Of a DNA stretch of 64,000 nt, positions 1-13,541 are shown piece by piece (position 1 is the first letter of the stretch; the number at the start of each line of letters is the position of its first letter). Made by a program: the position numbers and the translations under genes. The notes beneath the pieces are model-generated. The model was given only the letters and a program-made list of their open reading frames with translations, made no database searches and was not told the DNA's origin. The DNA is from Marsupella aquatica (Eukaryota; Plantae; Marchantiophyta), in the NCBI GenBank assembly GCA_973895155.1, contig OZ316895.1:17625437-17689436 (forward strand), in the 5' to 3' direction.

Positions 1-84
1 ATCATCTTACCAAACCACCAATCTCTTCAAGAAATAACAAGAATACAACAACCAAAACGTATTCTGCATGACACAACATCCCTA

Positions 85-723
85 TCATTTGCCTTTCGAG
101 TCTTCGGCGGATTCGATGGTGGACAAGCGAAACTTTGAAATCATTGCTGCAGTCACCTCCAACTGCTGCATAAGGACATCAGCATCCACAAGATTGCTTC
201 TGCTGATCACTTTCTCAACTCTTGTTCTCACAGGGGCACGACTAGGAGGGCATCGCCACATCTCAACAACAAGCTTATTCACAACAGCAGAGTGTCGTCC
301 TGCCTTAATCCACACTAGACAGTATGGGATCTGAGAAATTTGCTGGTGCATTGTTTCAAGTTGGCGAATGGTACCATACTCTGCAAATTCATCAGCAGTC
401 ATGTCCACAAGCTCTCGTGCAGCTTGAAAGATAGTGGCCTTGAATGGCCCAGTGTTCTCATATGCATCCACCATGCAAATATCGAACCTATACAAATGAC
501 AATTGTTACCGTCTACCAGTGGGTCGTGCTTGCATTGCTCCGCTGCCTCAATGGACTTCCCACAAACCAAACCACCGCCAATGCCATGCCTGCAACCTCT
601 GTAAGTGAACTTTCTGGGCCATGGGAAATCAGAGTGAAAATTACAAACATATACCGGGATTGGCCCAATGATGCTGTCTGGCCGCTCCTTCATTGCAATT
701 CGCACATCCTCAAGGGTCGACAT
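85..723 (-). CDS. Stand-alone RPA1/RPA70 C-terminal (DBD-C) OB-fold-like protein, ~212 aa
   Basis: ATG at 723 (MSTLED). Pattern 'FTYRGC...CGK...C...LYRFDICMVD..TG...ATIF.AA.ELV.MTADEF' matches the Zn-ribbon-inserted OB fold of RPA1-C. Intronless, and no other RPA domains are present. Confidence 0.6.
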   Translation of the reverse strand: MSTLEDVRIAMKERPDSIIGPIPVYVCNFHSDFPWPRKFTYRGCRHGIGGGLVCGKSIEAAEQCKHDPLVDGNNCHLYRFDICMVDAYENTGPFKATIFQAARELVDMTADEFAEYGTIRQLETMHQQISQIPYCLVWIKAGRHSAVVNKLVVEMWRCPPSRAPVRTRVEKVISRSNLVDADVLMQQLEVTAAMISKFRLSTIESAEDSKGK

Positions 724-1244
724 AGCAGGAACACGAGCCGGAACTAGCAACACGAGAAAATGCGAGAAAATGTCGAGAAACAAACCAAATGACAACAAAA
801 CAGGTTCCGAAAGGGTTCCATAAAGGGCGGGCACATTTGAATTTTGAAAATTATTCCTTTAAGATTTGTACACATTATGGACAATGTCTTCATAAAAGCA
901 AGGAGGTTCGGGGAGGTACGGCTTGCCGGCTGTTGCAAGCTCCAATAAACTATTTCCTTTGTATCTTGAACACTAAAGTGACAATGTATTTTGAAATCCT
1001 GTGAGGCCGGGCACGAAGGCTCCAATGCCACCGCAAACTCGTTCAATTATTGTTTTGAATACAATAGTCATACTGTATTCACAAAAACTGCCATGGTGCT
1101 GAGCGGAGCTCGATTGCCGCCAGGGCTACGACGCTTGTGGACTGCGACGTTATTGACGGCCGACTACACATGACCAACCACGGTTTCCACAGGGTACGCA
1201 GTGGACTCGAACTGCGTGGTAAGTTGTTTCATAAGAACATGCCT

Positions 1245-1371
1245 GTACGGAGTGGGCCCGGAGGTCCATTGGGAGAGAATCTAAACTTTGGAGTCCATTG
1301 GGAGGGCGTGGGAAACTTTTGGTCCATTAAGAGAGAAAGTTGCATTTGGAGGTCCACTAAGTATATCTCTC
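1245..1371. mobile_element. Possible right terminal inverted repeat of a Mutator-like element
   Basis: Four spaced GTCCA(TT/CT) sub-repeats ending in TATATCTCTC (reverse complement starts GAGAGATATA), resembling MULE TIR architecture. The partner TIR is not in the window. Confidence 0.3.
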
Positions 1372-4300
1372 GGTTTTGGGTTGACTCAAAACTTCACTGA
1401 GTGACAGACGGTCTTTATTTTCTCTTTTGTGGGCTGATTTTATATTTTGTCCTTGAGACTATTTTCACTCGGACTTAGCAAGGACCCTCTTGAGTTACCT
1501 GATGGCCACTACATTCACCGAATACTGCCTCCATCACACCCAGGCAGTCTGGATTTCGGTAACATAATCTACTCCATCACAGGAAGGGGTACAGCAGGGA
1601 AACGACACCAACTGCAAGCTATCCACTTCAGTCTATGTAACTAGCCAATTGAAAAGGGGAAGACATTAGTGAACTCCTCAATATCTTTGAATGAAATTTC
1701 TACGACTGCGCGGAACACATGCGCAGCAACTTTGACAACAACTTTGCCAACTGTTTTATTTCATTCACGGTTTCGTTATTTCTGATTCAATATAACGTCC
1801 ATTTGCGGAATTTAGAACGTACTGTGGCAGTATTCGAAGAGACAAAATGCCGACCCCACTTGTGTATTTCAAGTTTTGTCCGATCTTCATATTGAACTTT
1901 CACAGGCTATAAAGTGGCATTGAAAGGCAAATGTGATCATTACAAGGGCACGCCTTTCTACAAAAAAATTCGTAAGGTCAAAGGTGTATGATATTTATCT
2001 TGAGAACATGTGTTGTTTTCTCTTATGCCTCGAGAATTTGTTCAAAGTTCTCGGTTGTTGTCCTCTGATTAACAGTCTCTGCAAGATTGTCCTTTGATTA
2101 TTAGTACAGCTTCATTTGGTGCACTTCGCTCACATCTTAGGTTTTCTCGAAAAGATCCAATGACGACTGATCGACTTAGTGTTTCACCAAAAGAAAAACT
2201 TACATAGTTTGTTCTTCTAGTAATGGCACTAGATTAGAGTAACACTCTCTTAGGACAATTCATGAATCAAATATGAATCAAACAGGCGCCAAGCCGCCAA
2301 AGGTCTATGAAGTCGGGATGATTACAACACTTCAGAGTTGAAGTTCTGGGTTCAGAACATCTAAGCCTATAAATGGACAACAGAAGAGCCCACATTTTGT
2401 TCAGACAATGACGACTGATGGTGGTGGCATCGATGTTCTCAGTGGAGTCATGTGCGTGCTGGCTACAATCCAATACAACGAGGTACTACAAAAGTAATCT
2501 AAATAAAGATCCCATTCATATGTTCGCTAGCCGAAAACATGAAACCTGAAACTACGGCATTCTATTTTAATTTTTATTTGCAACCTAGCTGTGCTTGTTG
2601 TAGTATGTTCTAGTAGGTGAAGTCGAGGGAGCTTGGAGAAAAGTGGAAAACCTTCTGTTGACTGTACATGATTTGCCTGACACGCACCCTCGTTTTAGAC
2701 AGTCCGTGACTGATAAATAGGGCCAAACCACAAGAAAAATCTAGAGTAGTAGGGTAACTTCGATCCCGAGAAGTGTGTGGAGAACATTTACATATGCATT
2801 CTGTTCACGACGAATGAATCGGAGTGCCCATTGTCGTCGGGCAGGCCTTCTTTATTGGGTTAAATGAACTTCGTATGAACCACTCATATTGTTTCTTATA
2901 TCTGGACAACAGGCCACCTAGCTACGGAAAATTAGGGTGCTTGCAGTAGCGCATTGGACTCTTCACTATATTCCACAACTCAAGCAGGGATCGGGCATGC
3001 CTCATCCTATGTCTGTCCCGGGTCTAGTGATATCTACATTATTTTTTAAGGCTTGTCGGTTGGTTTCTAAGCTGTCTGCACAACAAGCTAGCTAGAGTGA
3101 GATATCAGAACAGGTTTGGCGAAGAATCTGCTCAGCTCTTGACTAGCTTCTCAAAATTCAGTCTGAATCGATGGCTTAAACTCAGCAGGTCCGTCCCAAC
3201 ATTTGCTCGCCCAATCCCGGCAGCATTCACAGGGCAAATCGCGGGAGAAAAAGAAGAAATGAATCTGACTGTTTAATATCGGAAGTCGATTGAGACTTTG
3301 GTGGGACATACTTTATCCAGGTTCTTGTTCATGTAATCTATGCATTTGTTAGAGCCAATTTGAGATATAATTGTATTTCAAATTTATTTAATCATCTATG
3401 CAATGACAACAGATATATTCTTTAACCAAGTTGTCATTGGTCAATACTGGAAAGATTATCAGATTTTCTGCCACAATCATTTCCATAACTACAACTCACC
3501 AAGAATGACAAACCAAAGCGCCCTTGACTCTTGACCAAACAAAGGATTCTCCAGGCGAACTTAATTCAGCCTAAGGAAGGGAGACGAGCTATAATTAGCA
3601 CAACATCATTCACGACATTGTTAAACTGGGGTTGTACTGAATGCTACAACCTTTGATACCTGCTTGTAGAGGCAAGACTGTTTTCGTCTCTCTTATTGGG
3701 TAGATGAACATATTGAGTCAGGCGTTGAGAAACCTTTACACTCACCTAGTACTTTGTCGGAGCCAAGATTTCAGCTTCAGACCTTGAGTTTACTTTGCTT
3801 CGTTTGGGACTATATCACCCGTATATTACGTCTAGGCAAACATAATCATGTGAATAGACTCAATGATAAGGATACAGAAAGAACATGGCTATCGAGCATC
3901 ATTGAGAAGATCGACAGAATTTCAAGCTCTCAGAAACTTCCAGTATCGACAGTCATATATAGTTACAATACCTCAGAATCCTCACTAATAATGCATACGA
4001 ACGATTGCAAGCACCTGAGTACTGCTGCAGATTGAGTCATTTTTTGAGAATTGGTACACATTTTAAAGCCACAGACGAGAAAGGCATAAAGTTTTTTATA
4101 TCATTTAAGCTTGTAACTTGATCTCGACAGGCTTGGTGTCAACTCCACTGGTGGGAGGAGATTAGACAAGATGCAGGTGGTGCTTTGCCTGATTGTAGGA
4201 AATATGGGAGGATGTAGGAGCTACTGCAGCCTGCCAAATTATATGGATTGGGATCAGTGCATTGTAAGTGAACGGAAGTTGTACTGACAATCTAGCACCC

Positions 4301-4694
4301 CACCTGTGCTAGTACGTACTCCCCCTCCTAGGGAGGATGAGACTGCTAGGCCCGTCTCCAGAGTAGTTGTCGGTCTCTTGGCCAGGTTGTGTTTTTTGGT
4401 GGTTCTTGGGTTTTCTTGGGGTCCTTTGGGTGAGCTTGTCGCTGCCACTCCAGGTTGACGTGTGGCCCTTTGTGTTTGTGTTTCTCTATGCGTCACCCCG
4501 TGCCTCACTGGTCTTCGCTTGATTCCGTTCGATACATTTGGGAGCACCTGTCCCTTTTGGAAAAGAAAAAATAAATTATTTAACCTGGTAACTATCTTGC
4601 AAACGTGGACTTTTGGCTGGAAAATCATGTAGATATGACAGTAAGATTGCAGGTAGTTTCTGTGTCCGATAAATAATTTGTGAATTAAATGACC

Positions 4695-4996
4695 ACAATG
4701 GCATGTCGACCGGTTTGATTTATGGCCTGTTTCGTTTGAGCTGCTGAACAAGTCACTAAGAGGGGGAGCGACAGCTATGGTTCACATTGAGATTAGACTC
4801 TGACTTACAATAGTGAATGAAACCCGAATGCACTTAATTTCTGTCTCCGACAAGTAATTTGAGAATGAATTATCAAAATGGCATGCCGATCAACCGGATA
4901 ATTTGTGGCCTGTTTGGTTTGAGCTATTGCCAAGACACTAAGAGGGGGAGCAATAGCTATGGTTCAGATTGAATTTAGAAACTGATGACCTACAAT
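4695..4996. repeat. Diverged direct repeat, ~180-bp period, 2 copies
   Basis: ATGGCATG...TGGCCTGTTT.GTTTGAGCT...CACTAAGAGGGGGAGC.A.AGCTATGGTTCA.ATTGA occurs at ~4698-4810 and ~4878-4996. Confidence 0.8.
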
Positions 4997-6702
4997 GGCG
5001 AGAGCAGTTGGTTGGAACGAGACAAGTATAACACCCAGGACTAGTGTCCTCGAGACCTTGACAATGGATGGGACAACGGCTAGGTTGTACTCTCCACGAC
5101 AATGGCAGCCAAGTCGGGACTGCTCCCCACGATTGATTCAGTCTGAGGGTGCAGACAGGGAGTATAGCCATCCTTGGGATCACAAGTGTAGTTTTGGACC
5201 CCAAAAAATTAATCTCATCATGGTGCTTGGCGCACCTTGTTTTATGATGATGTCCGCACTGCCCGAACGAGCAATTCCTAGAAACTGCAGGCCCACTGGA
5301 TCGGGCACTGGATCTAAGATATGCACTTTTTCACGCCTAGCCTTCAGCTTTTTTGACAGCAAGAAACGTAGATCTCTCGGTAGAGCACTGTAGCAAGGGG
5401 CCCTACATCGGCACCATGTAGCGTCGGGGCAGGACAAGCAAGTGGACTCATATCTTGCGGGGGATGGGGCCTTCTCACGACAAAACATACCTGCGGAAGA
5501 CTGGACGCCGGGCCTCTATGCTGCCCCTAAGGGAATACCCACTTTGTCACAATCATCACTTCTATGGTAGCTTTCCTATCAAAGGATATGTAGACCTATA
5601 TATTTGCATGAGTTACACCGGGAAATGCACTCACATTAGTGCTGCGAAATGCAGTTTCGGGTAAACTATCGTATGTACCGCGTAAACAATCCAAATGCTG
5701 CTAACAAAAGTCATTTGGATATCTGTTTCAAAGTGGGGAAAATAACTTTAATGCATAGCAGGAACGTGCGAGATTGCTAGTTGAGCGTGAGTCACAACAA
5801 GTCAGACCGCGTGAACTTCGTGAAACCTTGACAAGGAACAAATTTAATGAAATAGTGAAATTCATGAAATAATAGACATTCCTTCTGCTGGGGCCCTCTT
5901 CAACCTACGATGTCGGCGATACGGCACTCAACTACTACTGAGATCTAGGAAACATTTCATGATTGTGAGAAAGGCTAGTGCCATTGAAATCGAAATCCAT
6001 CGATCCCGGGTTGGGGCAAGGAACGAAGACTCCTAAACATCTCCGGAACTTAATGATAGAACATTACAAAGAAAGCCTGACAACTTGCTACATTTAACTA
6101 TGCACGGTCTACTCGTAGTAACCTGGGATTAGATTCCGCTCTTTCTCCTCAAGTTTTTCGGTTAAAACAGCGCACTTCTGATCAGCATTGACGGCAGACA
6201 AGAGTCGGCCACCGAAAGCAAGGCTTGAAAGAGAGAAGTGCACGAGGTGGATTTCAATACTTCACAAACCTTTGACGAAAATAGAAATGCAGTTCATTGT
6301 AAGCTTCTACCGAAATGAGATTCTTGACACAAATTGAACTGGATTCTCACACAAACCATTCACACACAGGGCCACAATGTACGTTGACATCAACTCTGAT
6401 CAACGTTGATAAGTACTTAAAGTTGATTTCAGACCAATACATTTAAATATGAGATAAGGTGTCAATTTCATCACGATCCGGAACACAATCCAGATCCCCT
6501 GTACCGTACACCTTCTCTTAGTGTTCTTGCAAGAATCCCCAAAACATCTCTATGCCCAGAGCCACCAAGGGGCTCCCCTTTCTTGCAATGCTGAAAGACT
6601 GCTGCTGGGCTTATCTAACCGGCTGGGAATTGAACCCAGAGATCCTTCTAACCCAGAACCCACACCCACAGACCCTTGCAAACCTACATCAACGCGTTTG
6701 TC

Positions 6703-6778
6703 GAACAGATGTCTTTTAACATCTATGAACTGTAAAACAGAACAGATGTCTTTTAACATCTATGAACCGTAAAACAGA
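6703..6778. repeat. 37-bp tandem duplication
   Basis: AACAGATGTCTTTTAACATCTATGAAC(T/C)GTAAAACAG occurs twice in tandem. Confidence 0.9.
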
Positions 6779-7428
6779 GGAAGCTTCGCAATTTGCTAAA
6801 ACTAAAGGTACTTCCAAGGGCCCTTAATGACAGCCCTAAAAATCATTGTTACGCCACATTATCATGAGTGCTGGTTGCCTGGCTACCACAGCTCACGAAA
6901 TTAGGGCACCATTTGTACCAGTACAGGTCTTATGTATCCTACAATTCTACACAGAAGAAAAGCTAAACGGTTCTGCAATCAATCAAGTGCACCAAGAGAA
7001 CAGAACTTCTGACACCTAAGATTGAATACATGGGGGAACACCAAACCGCCCAAAGCATGGACAAGGAGCTCAGATGGGTAATCTATCACCATTGAAGAGA
7101 AGAGCCAGAGTGGATGGTTCAACTTCGGGAAGCAATTGACTCGGGCTTGACAAGGATCAGCTAGGACAGTGCGTTTGCACCACAGCGGCTCTACATCCAA
7201 TATCTGGACAACCTGGCTTGTGATAGAATCATGGCTAGCTGCCATCTCCACTTCTTGATGCAGGATGAATTTGCTGTCCTAGCTGATAATTGCGGTTGTT
7301 GACACGTTCGCAGTAGATTCATTGCGCTCAGACTATCCAAGTTTGAACAGATACAGGATTCCACGTAAACCCTCATAACCACCCCAGAGCCTGCTTGAGG
7401 GTAATGTGCATACCCACGAGCGGGACAT

Positions 7429-9772
7429 TTAGGCAGCAGCTCCAACCATGTCTTCCACACAAGACAAAAACTCCTGGTTAGCATCTTTTTCAGTCCTTAG
7501 GGTGGACAATTCATTCAAGTCCCTGAGAGTCCCTGCAGTTTCATCCTTTTGACTCTTCTGATAGTCCACTTCAATCCCTATCAGTTCCATTACGTCCAAG
7601 TACGTTTCTTTCGTTGGCTTTATACCCACAATTTTCATGTCGTCCAACAAGGCGTGCACTTGTGCCCGACTCCCTGTTTTCTTATACGCACGAATGACAA
7701 TTGCATATGACGATGATGTGGCTCCAACACGAAATTCTTGAATGGAGTTTTTCAACAGATCCTCAGCCTCTTTTGTCATGTCATGACTGCAGTAGCTGTC
7801 AAGCATTTTGTTGAGCGTAGATGATTGTGGATTATATCCGGCCGCCTCCATTCTTTTCAGGCAATTTCTCATTTTGTCAAACTGTCCGCACTTTCCATAA
7901 GCTCCCAGCAGGGCGTCGTATGTCACAAAAGTTTGGGAGACATTCAATTTCTTCATCTCCATGAAAACAGACTCAACCTTCTCTACTAAACCTGCGTTTC
8001 CATAGTTGGTAATAGTCGAGTTGAAAGTCTTCGCAGAAGGCAGTATCGGGGGAGTCCGCTTCAGTGTCATGCTCCAAAAAGCTTGCTCCATTTTCTCAAA
8101 CTCTCCCGCCTTACCATACGAATCAATGAGCGTGTTGAATGTGACAAGGTCTGGCTTAAGCCTTTCGTCTCGCATTCGTTTGAACATGGCTTCCATCATG
8201 ACGATTTCCCCGGCCTTTCCATAGGCATCCATTATACCATTGAATGTGTAATTGTCAGGAGAGAGGTCACGGTCGAAAACATCCTTCAACAGAGAGTCCA
8301 CCTTGGCCTGGTCGCCCATTTGAGCTGCAGCTCTGGTGAGGATGTTGTAGGTTACAATGTTGGGCTGACATCTGCGGATCAGCTTCATCTCCTCGAGCAA
8401 GGACAACGCCTTAGCGAAGCCATCCTTTTTGTCTTCACTGCGGAGGAAAACTGTCATGACCGAATTGTACAGCGACGTGTCTGGACGACAACCTATCTTT
8501 TTCATCTCCTTGAACATGTTCATGGCCAATCGGTACTGCCGTTCCTTCCCCATGATGGAGATTATTTTGGAATAGTACCCATTGTCTGCCTTGTACCACT
8601 TCTGGACCTGAATCCACCTAAAAACCTGCCATTCCCGGAGCTGAAGTCAGGACAAAACCCACCATAATGCGTTTATTCCACAAACATGAATTGCTTGGTT
8701 CAGACGCAGAGAATGAACGGATGGAGTGAATGAGTGGATGGATAAAATGAGTTGCAAAAATGAACTAATGAATGGAATCCATTTTTGGAATAGAATGAAA
8801 TGAATGAAAGACTGGAACTACAGACAGCATAGAATGGTATGAAAGAATTCATGGAAGGTTCTTCAAGGTCGGGCCCTTTACGGCAGTGCCCTTGTCAGTA
8901 TTTGACAAAAGAATTGTGGGAATCAGGTTATTTCTTTTGCAAGGGATAGGGACACAAAGTGCAATCTCTCTCGACCTAACAGCACGACAAGGGATTCTAA
9001 AGGGGCACCACGCTCTAGGTACACAACCCCTTTGAAAAACAAAAAAGTTAAACCAGTATTCGGTTACCAGGCAGGGATCTCAACTACGACTTTACCCATT
9101 TAGACTAACGACAGAGCAACTGGAAACTTCCTTCTCTTTCTGTACTATAAAAATCAGTACAGCAAATCTGCTGAATCTCAAAATCAGCTGAAGAAATGCC
9201 CCCGTTCACTGACAACACTGGAACTACACTGTGCCAATCAAAGTGAAACTCACTGCATTCCCTCCCACAAACAAACCCACCCCACCTACTTCAAGGGCTA
9301 GAAGCCATCGACGGCGTCGTCCGATCCCATCCAGCACGTTGAACCAGTCGGGAGGCATCATCCAGCTCCCGTGCTTGTCGAGAGTCTCAGCGGCACTCTC
9401 CTTGCTCGTGCACAACGTCTTCACCAACATCTCTATCTTATTCTGCGCCGATCGAGTGTACTTTTTGAAAAACCTGCTCCTCTGAGCTCTCACCACGAAA
9501 CCAACAGACCTCCTCGACCAGCTCCTTCGCGCCATCGTCCCATCCAAGTCCATTTCTACCCCCCAGAAACCACATCCCATGCCCCCCCGATTACTCGGTA
9601 CAGACCTCGAATTCATCAGCGGCTTCTCCACCTTACTCAACCCAACGCGAGACGACGACGACGCCTTGCAGTAGACTGTCCCACCAGAGTCCACCATTCC
9701 TCGAGTCGAGCTCGAATTCATACTAATCCAGGAGCAGGTCGAGAGTGCTGCCACATCTAGAGACATCATCAT
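7429..9772 (-). CDS. PPR5: P-class chloroplast pentatricopeptide repeat protein, PPR5/EMB2453-like; exons 9772-9290 and 8625-7429, 559 aa
   Basis: GT-AG intron 9289-8626 (phase 0) joins WLLALE|VFRWIQVQKWYKADNGYYSKIISIMGK. This and the later motifs (GCRPDTSLYN, RCQPNIVTYNIL, SPDNYTFNGIMDAYGKAG, KPDLVTFNTLIDSYGK) closely follow Arabidopsis At4g39620 / maize PPR5 as recalled. The N-terminus is Ser/Arg-rich and transit-peptide-like. Confidence 0.88.
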
Positions 9773-10080
9773 GTTCTGCTCTCCAGCAGCAGCAATGTTC
9801 ACGGGATTGGGAGGAATTAATTAACGGAGGAGATGCCGACGAGGACGGGAGCTATTCGACGAGGGGAGCTCCAATCCACTGTGGTGCCGAACTTACTGTT
9901 CTTCTCAGCAGCCTTTCAATCGCTCCAGCCTCTACGGTTTACGGTAATTTGAGGATCCCCCGTCACGAGCAGAACACGCTTCCGGGACGACATGGATCTC
10001 ATCTCGCCCGGGATGACAGTGGACGAGGAAACGCCAGAGAGCTAACTCCCAAAAGCAAGGCACCAGTACCATTGTACAGT

Positions 10081-10163
10081 AAAGTTCTAAACCGCCACTA
10101 GCCATATAATTATTAAGGGTAAAGTTCTAAGACGCCACTACGATAGCCATATAATTATAAAGG
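10081..10163. repeat. ~40-bp direct duplication upstream of the PPR gene
   Basis: AAAGTTCTAA..CGCCACTA..GCCATATAATTAT.AAGGG occurs twice. Confidence 0.8.
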
Positions 10164-10242
10164 GAAGAGTCTATTGTAGAATTTCCTTCTTTTACCATAG
10201 AGCTGACATTTACTACATTGCGACTCATTTTTTATGATTGCA

Positions 10243-10270
10243 CTAGCTCAATACCTGTGCGTTGCACAAA
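10243..10270 (-). mobile_element. Helitron-like 3' terminus (hairpin + CTAG)
   Basis: The minus strand reads TGTGCAACGCACA (hairpin) GGTATTGAG CTAG|T. A second hairpin copy (CCCGTGCGTTGCAC) lies at ~10867-10880. Confidence 0.65.
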
Positions 10271-11110
10271 AGTAGTCGTGTCGGCCAAGATGTCATTGAG
10301 AAAAATGATGTAGTGTCAGCCAAGAGGTCGTGGAGAAAAAAGATGTAGTGTTGCCTAGGAGGTCGTGGAGAGAAAAGCTGTCGTGTTGCCCAAGAGGTTG
10401 TGGAGAGAAAAGATGTCGTGTTGCCCAAGAGGTCGTTGAGAGAAACGATGTCATGTCGCCCAAGAGGTCGTTGAGAGTAAAGATGTCGTGTCGCCCAAGA
10501 GGTCATTGAGAGAAAGGAAGTTGTGTTGGTCAAGATGTCATTGAGAAAAAAAGATGTTGTATTGGCCAAGAGGTCGTTGAAAGAAAATATGTAATGTCAA
10601 CCAAGAGGTCGTGGAGAAAAAAGATGTCTTGTCACCCAATAGGTCATTGAGAAAAAAAGATGTCGTGTTGGCCAAGAAGACGTTGAGAAAAAAAGATGTC
10701 GTGTTGACCAAGAGATCATTGAACAAAAAAATGTCATGTCGGCCAAGAAGTCGTTGAGAAAAAAGATGTTGTGTCGGCCAAGATGTCGTTGAGAAAAAAT
10801 TGTCATGTTGGCAAAGATGTTGAGAAAAAAACGTCATGTCGGCCAAGACATCGTTCACGGAAAATACCCGTGCGTTGCACAAAAGATGTTGTTAAGAAAT
10901 AAGATGTCGTGTTGCCCAAGATGTTGTTAAGTGAAAGATGTCACAAAGTAAAAAGATGTCTTAAGAAAAAGTAGTTTTGCCAAACATGCCATTGTGTGAA
11001 AGATGCTATTAAGAAAAATGTGTCATTTTGCCAAAGATATCGTGAAGTAAAAGATGTTAAAAGGAAAAAGGTGTTATTTCACCCAAGCTATGTTCTGTGA
11101 AAGATGTTAT
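10271..11110. repeat. Tandem array of ~31-33-bp units (GATGTCGTGTTGGCCAAGAGGTCGTTGAGAAAAAA)
   Basis: About 18 clear units to ~10860, decaying to ~11110. It sits next to the Helitron-like end. Confidence 0.9.
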
Positions 11111-11892
11111 GAAATAAAAAATCAAGGAAACTAAGAAGGAGTGAGTCTTTTTCTTTGTTTTGTTTTTTTACCCAAAATGCCCATGCATTTGAATGGCGAC
11201 CACTATAAATTGGAGCAATGTTATATTATTGGTTTCAGATTTAGTGTTTTAGGGTTTAGCAAAGATGACTATTCTCTCAATATCCTTTCAATTCCAGTGC
11301 GTTGCATAATAGATGTTGTTTGGTTAAAGATGTTGTTGAGAAATAGATTGTACGTGGTGCAACAGATAATCGTTGAATAAAAATAATAATTGTTAAAATA
11401 CATTATTACACAAAAACTTTTGTTGAGTGAAAGATATCATTGTGCAAAATAGAAATTGGGGTCCATGCAAGACAACTAAAAATTAACTAATTTCCAAAAA
11501 GTTAAATCTCCTTTTTAAGAGCAAAAGCCAAAATAATATAATGTCAACCTACTCTCTTCCCCTTAGTGCTCGCTCCCTACCAAAACCATTATCTCAAGTA
11601 AATCTTTTCACTTTCATGCCCCATAACCCCAATTTAAGGAAAACCAAACTTTGGAAATTCCGAAAATCACTAAATATTATTATTTTAATAAAAAGGGGGC
11701 GACATGACGCGTGGCTGCGCGTGAAACCCTGAAAATGACTGCAACGTCACATTTTAACCAATCCAACTTGACGGGACCAAGAGACATGCTCACGCGAATA
11801 ATAATAATAGAGAAATAAATCTTTGAGATCCTTTATATATGATAACCAGTATATAAGGAGTTTACAAATGGTTTCTAGAACGACAATACAAA

Positions 11893-13410
11893 TTAATCTG
11901 ATCTCATGCCGACTATTATTTTGGAAGCGTCCAAAATTGGGCGTCTGTTAAATTGCTCTACTAGATATCTATCTCCATGTCCCTGAATCACAGTGTCTTC
12001 CCATAGAGTATGATTATAATCATAATCTCTAAAAATAGATTTAACTGAAAGGATAATCTCTTCCATTGGCAATGACAAGCGGCTCATAAGAGTTTGCTAG
12101 CTTGCTAAGATACGGAATCAGCAAGTTAATCAGGAAACTGTCGTCGACCGACCCAAAATATTTGGGCGGAAATAATGATCCAACAACAGGATCTAAACAA
12201 GCATGAAATGCATCGGATTCGATAAGCATTATATTTTGCTGCAGATACGCCTTCGTATAAATTCCAACATTCTCAAAACACTTCAAAAATATCCGCTTAT
12301 TTGATGTCACCCCATCGCATAAGTAACAATGAGACTGATCCCAAATATACTTAAATGAGGCCATTTCCATCGCAATAAAAATAGATGCTAAAATCTGATC
12401 TAAAAGGTTCTTCCCAAGAGAGGACCAGATCCCTACATCAAAATTCTCAAAACAGAATCTCAAGAATTCGTGAAGATGAGGCCTTGGAAAAACGTATATA
12501 TTCCCAATCCGAATTCTAGTTGAGACCGCCATCAGTCGAGAATGCGGTGCATTGTAACAGAGTAGATGCTCCACGTCTAAAACTATGAGCCCATTTTCTC
12601 TGCTGCAATGAATCTCCTGTAGAGAAACACAAGAAGATGCATGAGCCCGTATGGATGTAGTCACGCGAATGGTCATGTCACATATTATAGAGACAACATC
12701 CTCTACACTCTGGCCATTGATAAGTGACGTCTGTTGAAGTGCTTGATAAGAACTTGATCCGCATGTCTCTGCACGTACAGATGCTCCCATATATCCTCGT
12801 TCAGATCCCAATCTCGATGTAGATTTCTAATCGACCAGATGGGATAATCAAACTTGTTAGCAAACGCAAGACAAAGCCCTGAATTTGATAGCTTTTGTAA
12901 ATATGGAATGAGCTCATCCCTCAAAAAGACATCATCCAACGATCCTTGAAACGACTTAGCGAACAATAATCCGCATACAACTGTCTGGCATGTATGGGAA
13001 GGACGGGCATCAATCTGGATTATATTCTCTGGTCGATAATCTTGAAACATATCACGTAGTCTCTCGATAGATTTGAAGACAATAGTCTTATAATTTTTCT
13101 TCACATAACCAAGATTCCAGCAATGATCCCGCGTGAACACATATATCAGCTACGACAGGTCGGTGCTCGACAACACTTCTGAAAGTATCTGATAAACCAG
13201 TTTATCGTCGAGAATAGACCAAACCATCACATCAAAATGATCATAACAGAATTTTATAAGATCATGAAGATGCGGCCTCGGAACGACACATAGAGATCCG
13301 ATACGAATTCCGAGTGTCGACTTGAGCTTAGGAGTATATTTTGAAACAGAGCACAGGAAGTTTTCCAGTCCTAAAACTAGAAGTTGAAGCGACCTGCTCC
13401 ACTTAGACAC
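11893..13410 (-). pseudogene. Two tandem degenerate FCP1/NIF-type HAD phosphatase-like domains
   Basis: Motifs LVLGLENFL..PRPHLHDLIKFCYDHFDVMVWS..NIIQID and IVLDVEHLL..PRPHLHEFLRFCFENFDVGIWS..NIMLIE. There is an in-frame TAG at 13150, frameshifts near 12725 and 12050, and a probable intron ending at the strong acceptor near 12617. Confidence 0.7.
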
Positions 13411-13541
13411 ATGTAAATGAACAATTCAATTCTCATATTATGCGATTGCAAACAACCACGCGACTGGGCGCGTCACTCCCAAAATATAAAGTTCAATTTA
13501 AATCAATTTATAAATAATAATTGATAATAAACAATAAACGT

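Noticed and set aside
4938-5664. Cys-rich short ORFs
   Set aside because: No recognisable domain or consistent exon chain.
8006-9760. Plus-strand ORFs over the PPR gene
   Set aside because: Antisense shadows of the PPR exons.
10243-10882. ORFs 10243-10569, 10538-10882 and 10597-10806; array superficially CRISPR-like
   Set aside because: These are translations of a ~32-bp tandem repeat. There are no unique spacers, no cas genes, and the context is eukaryotic.
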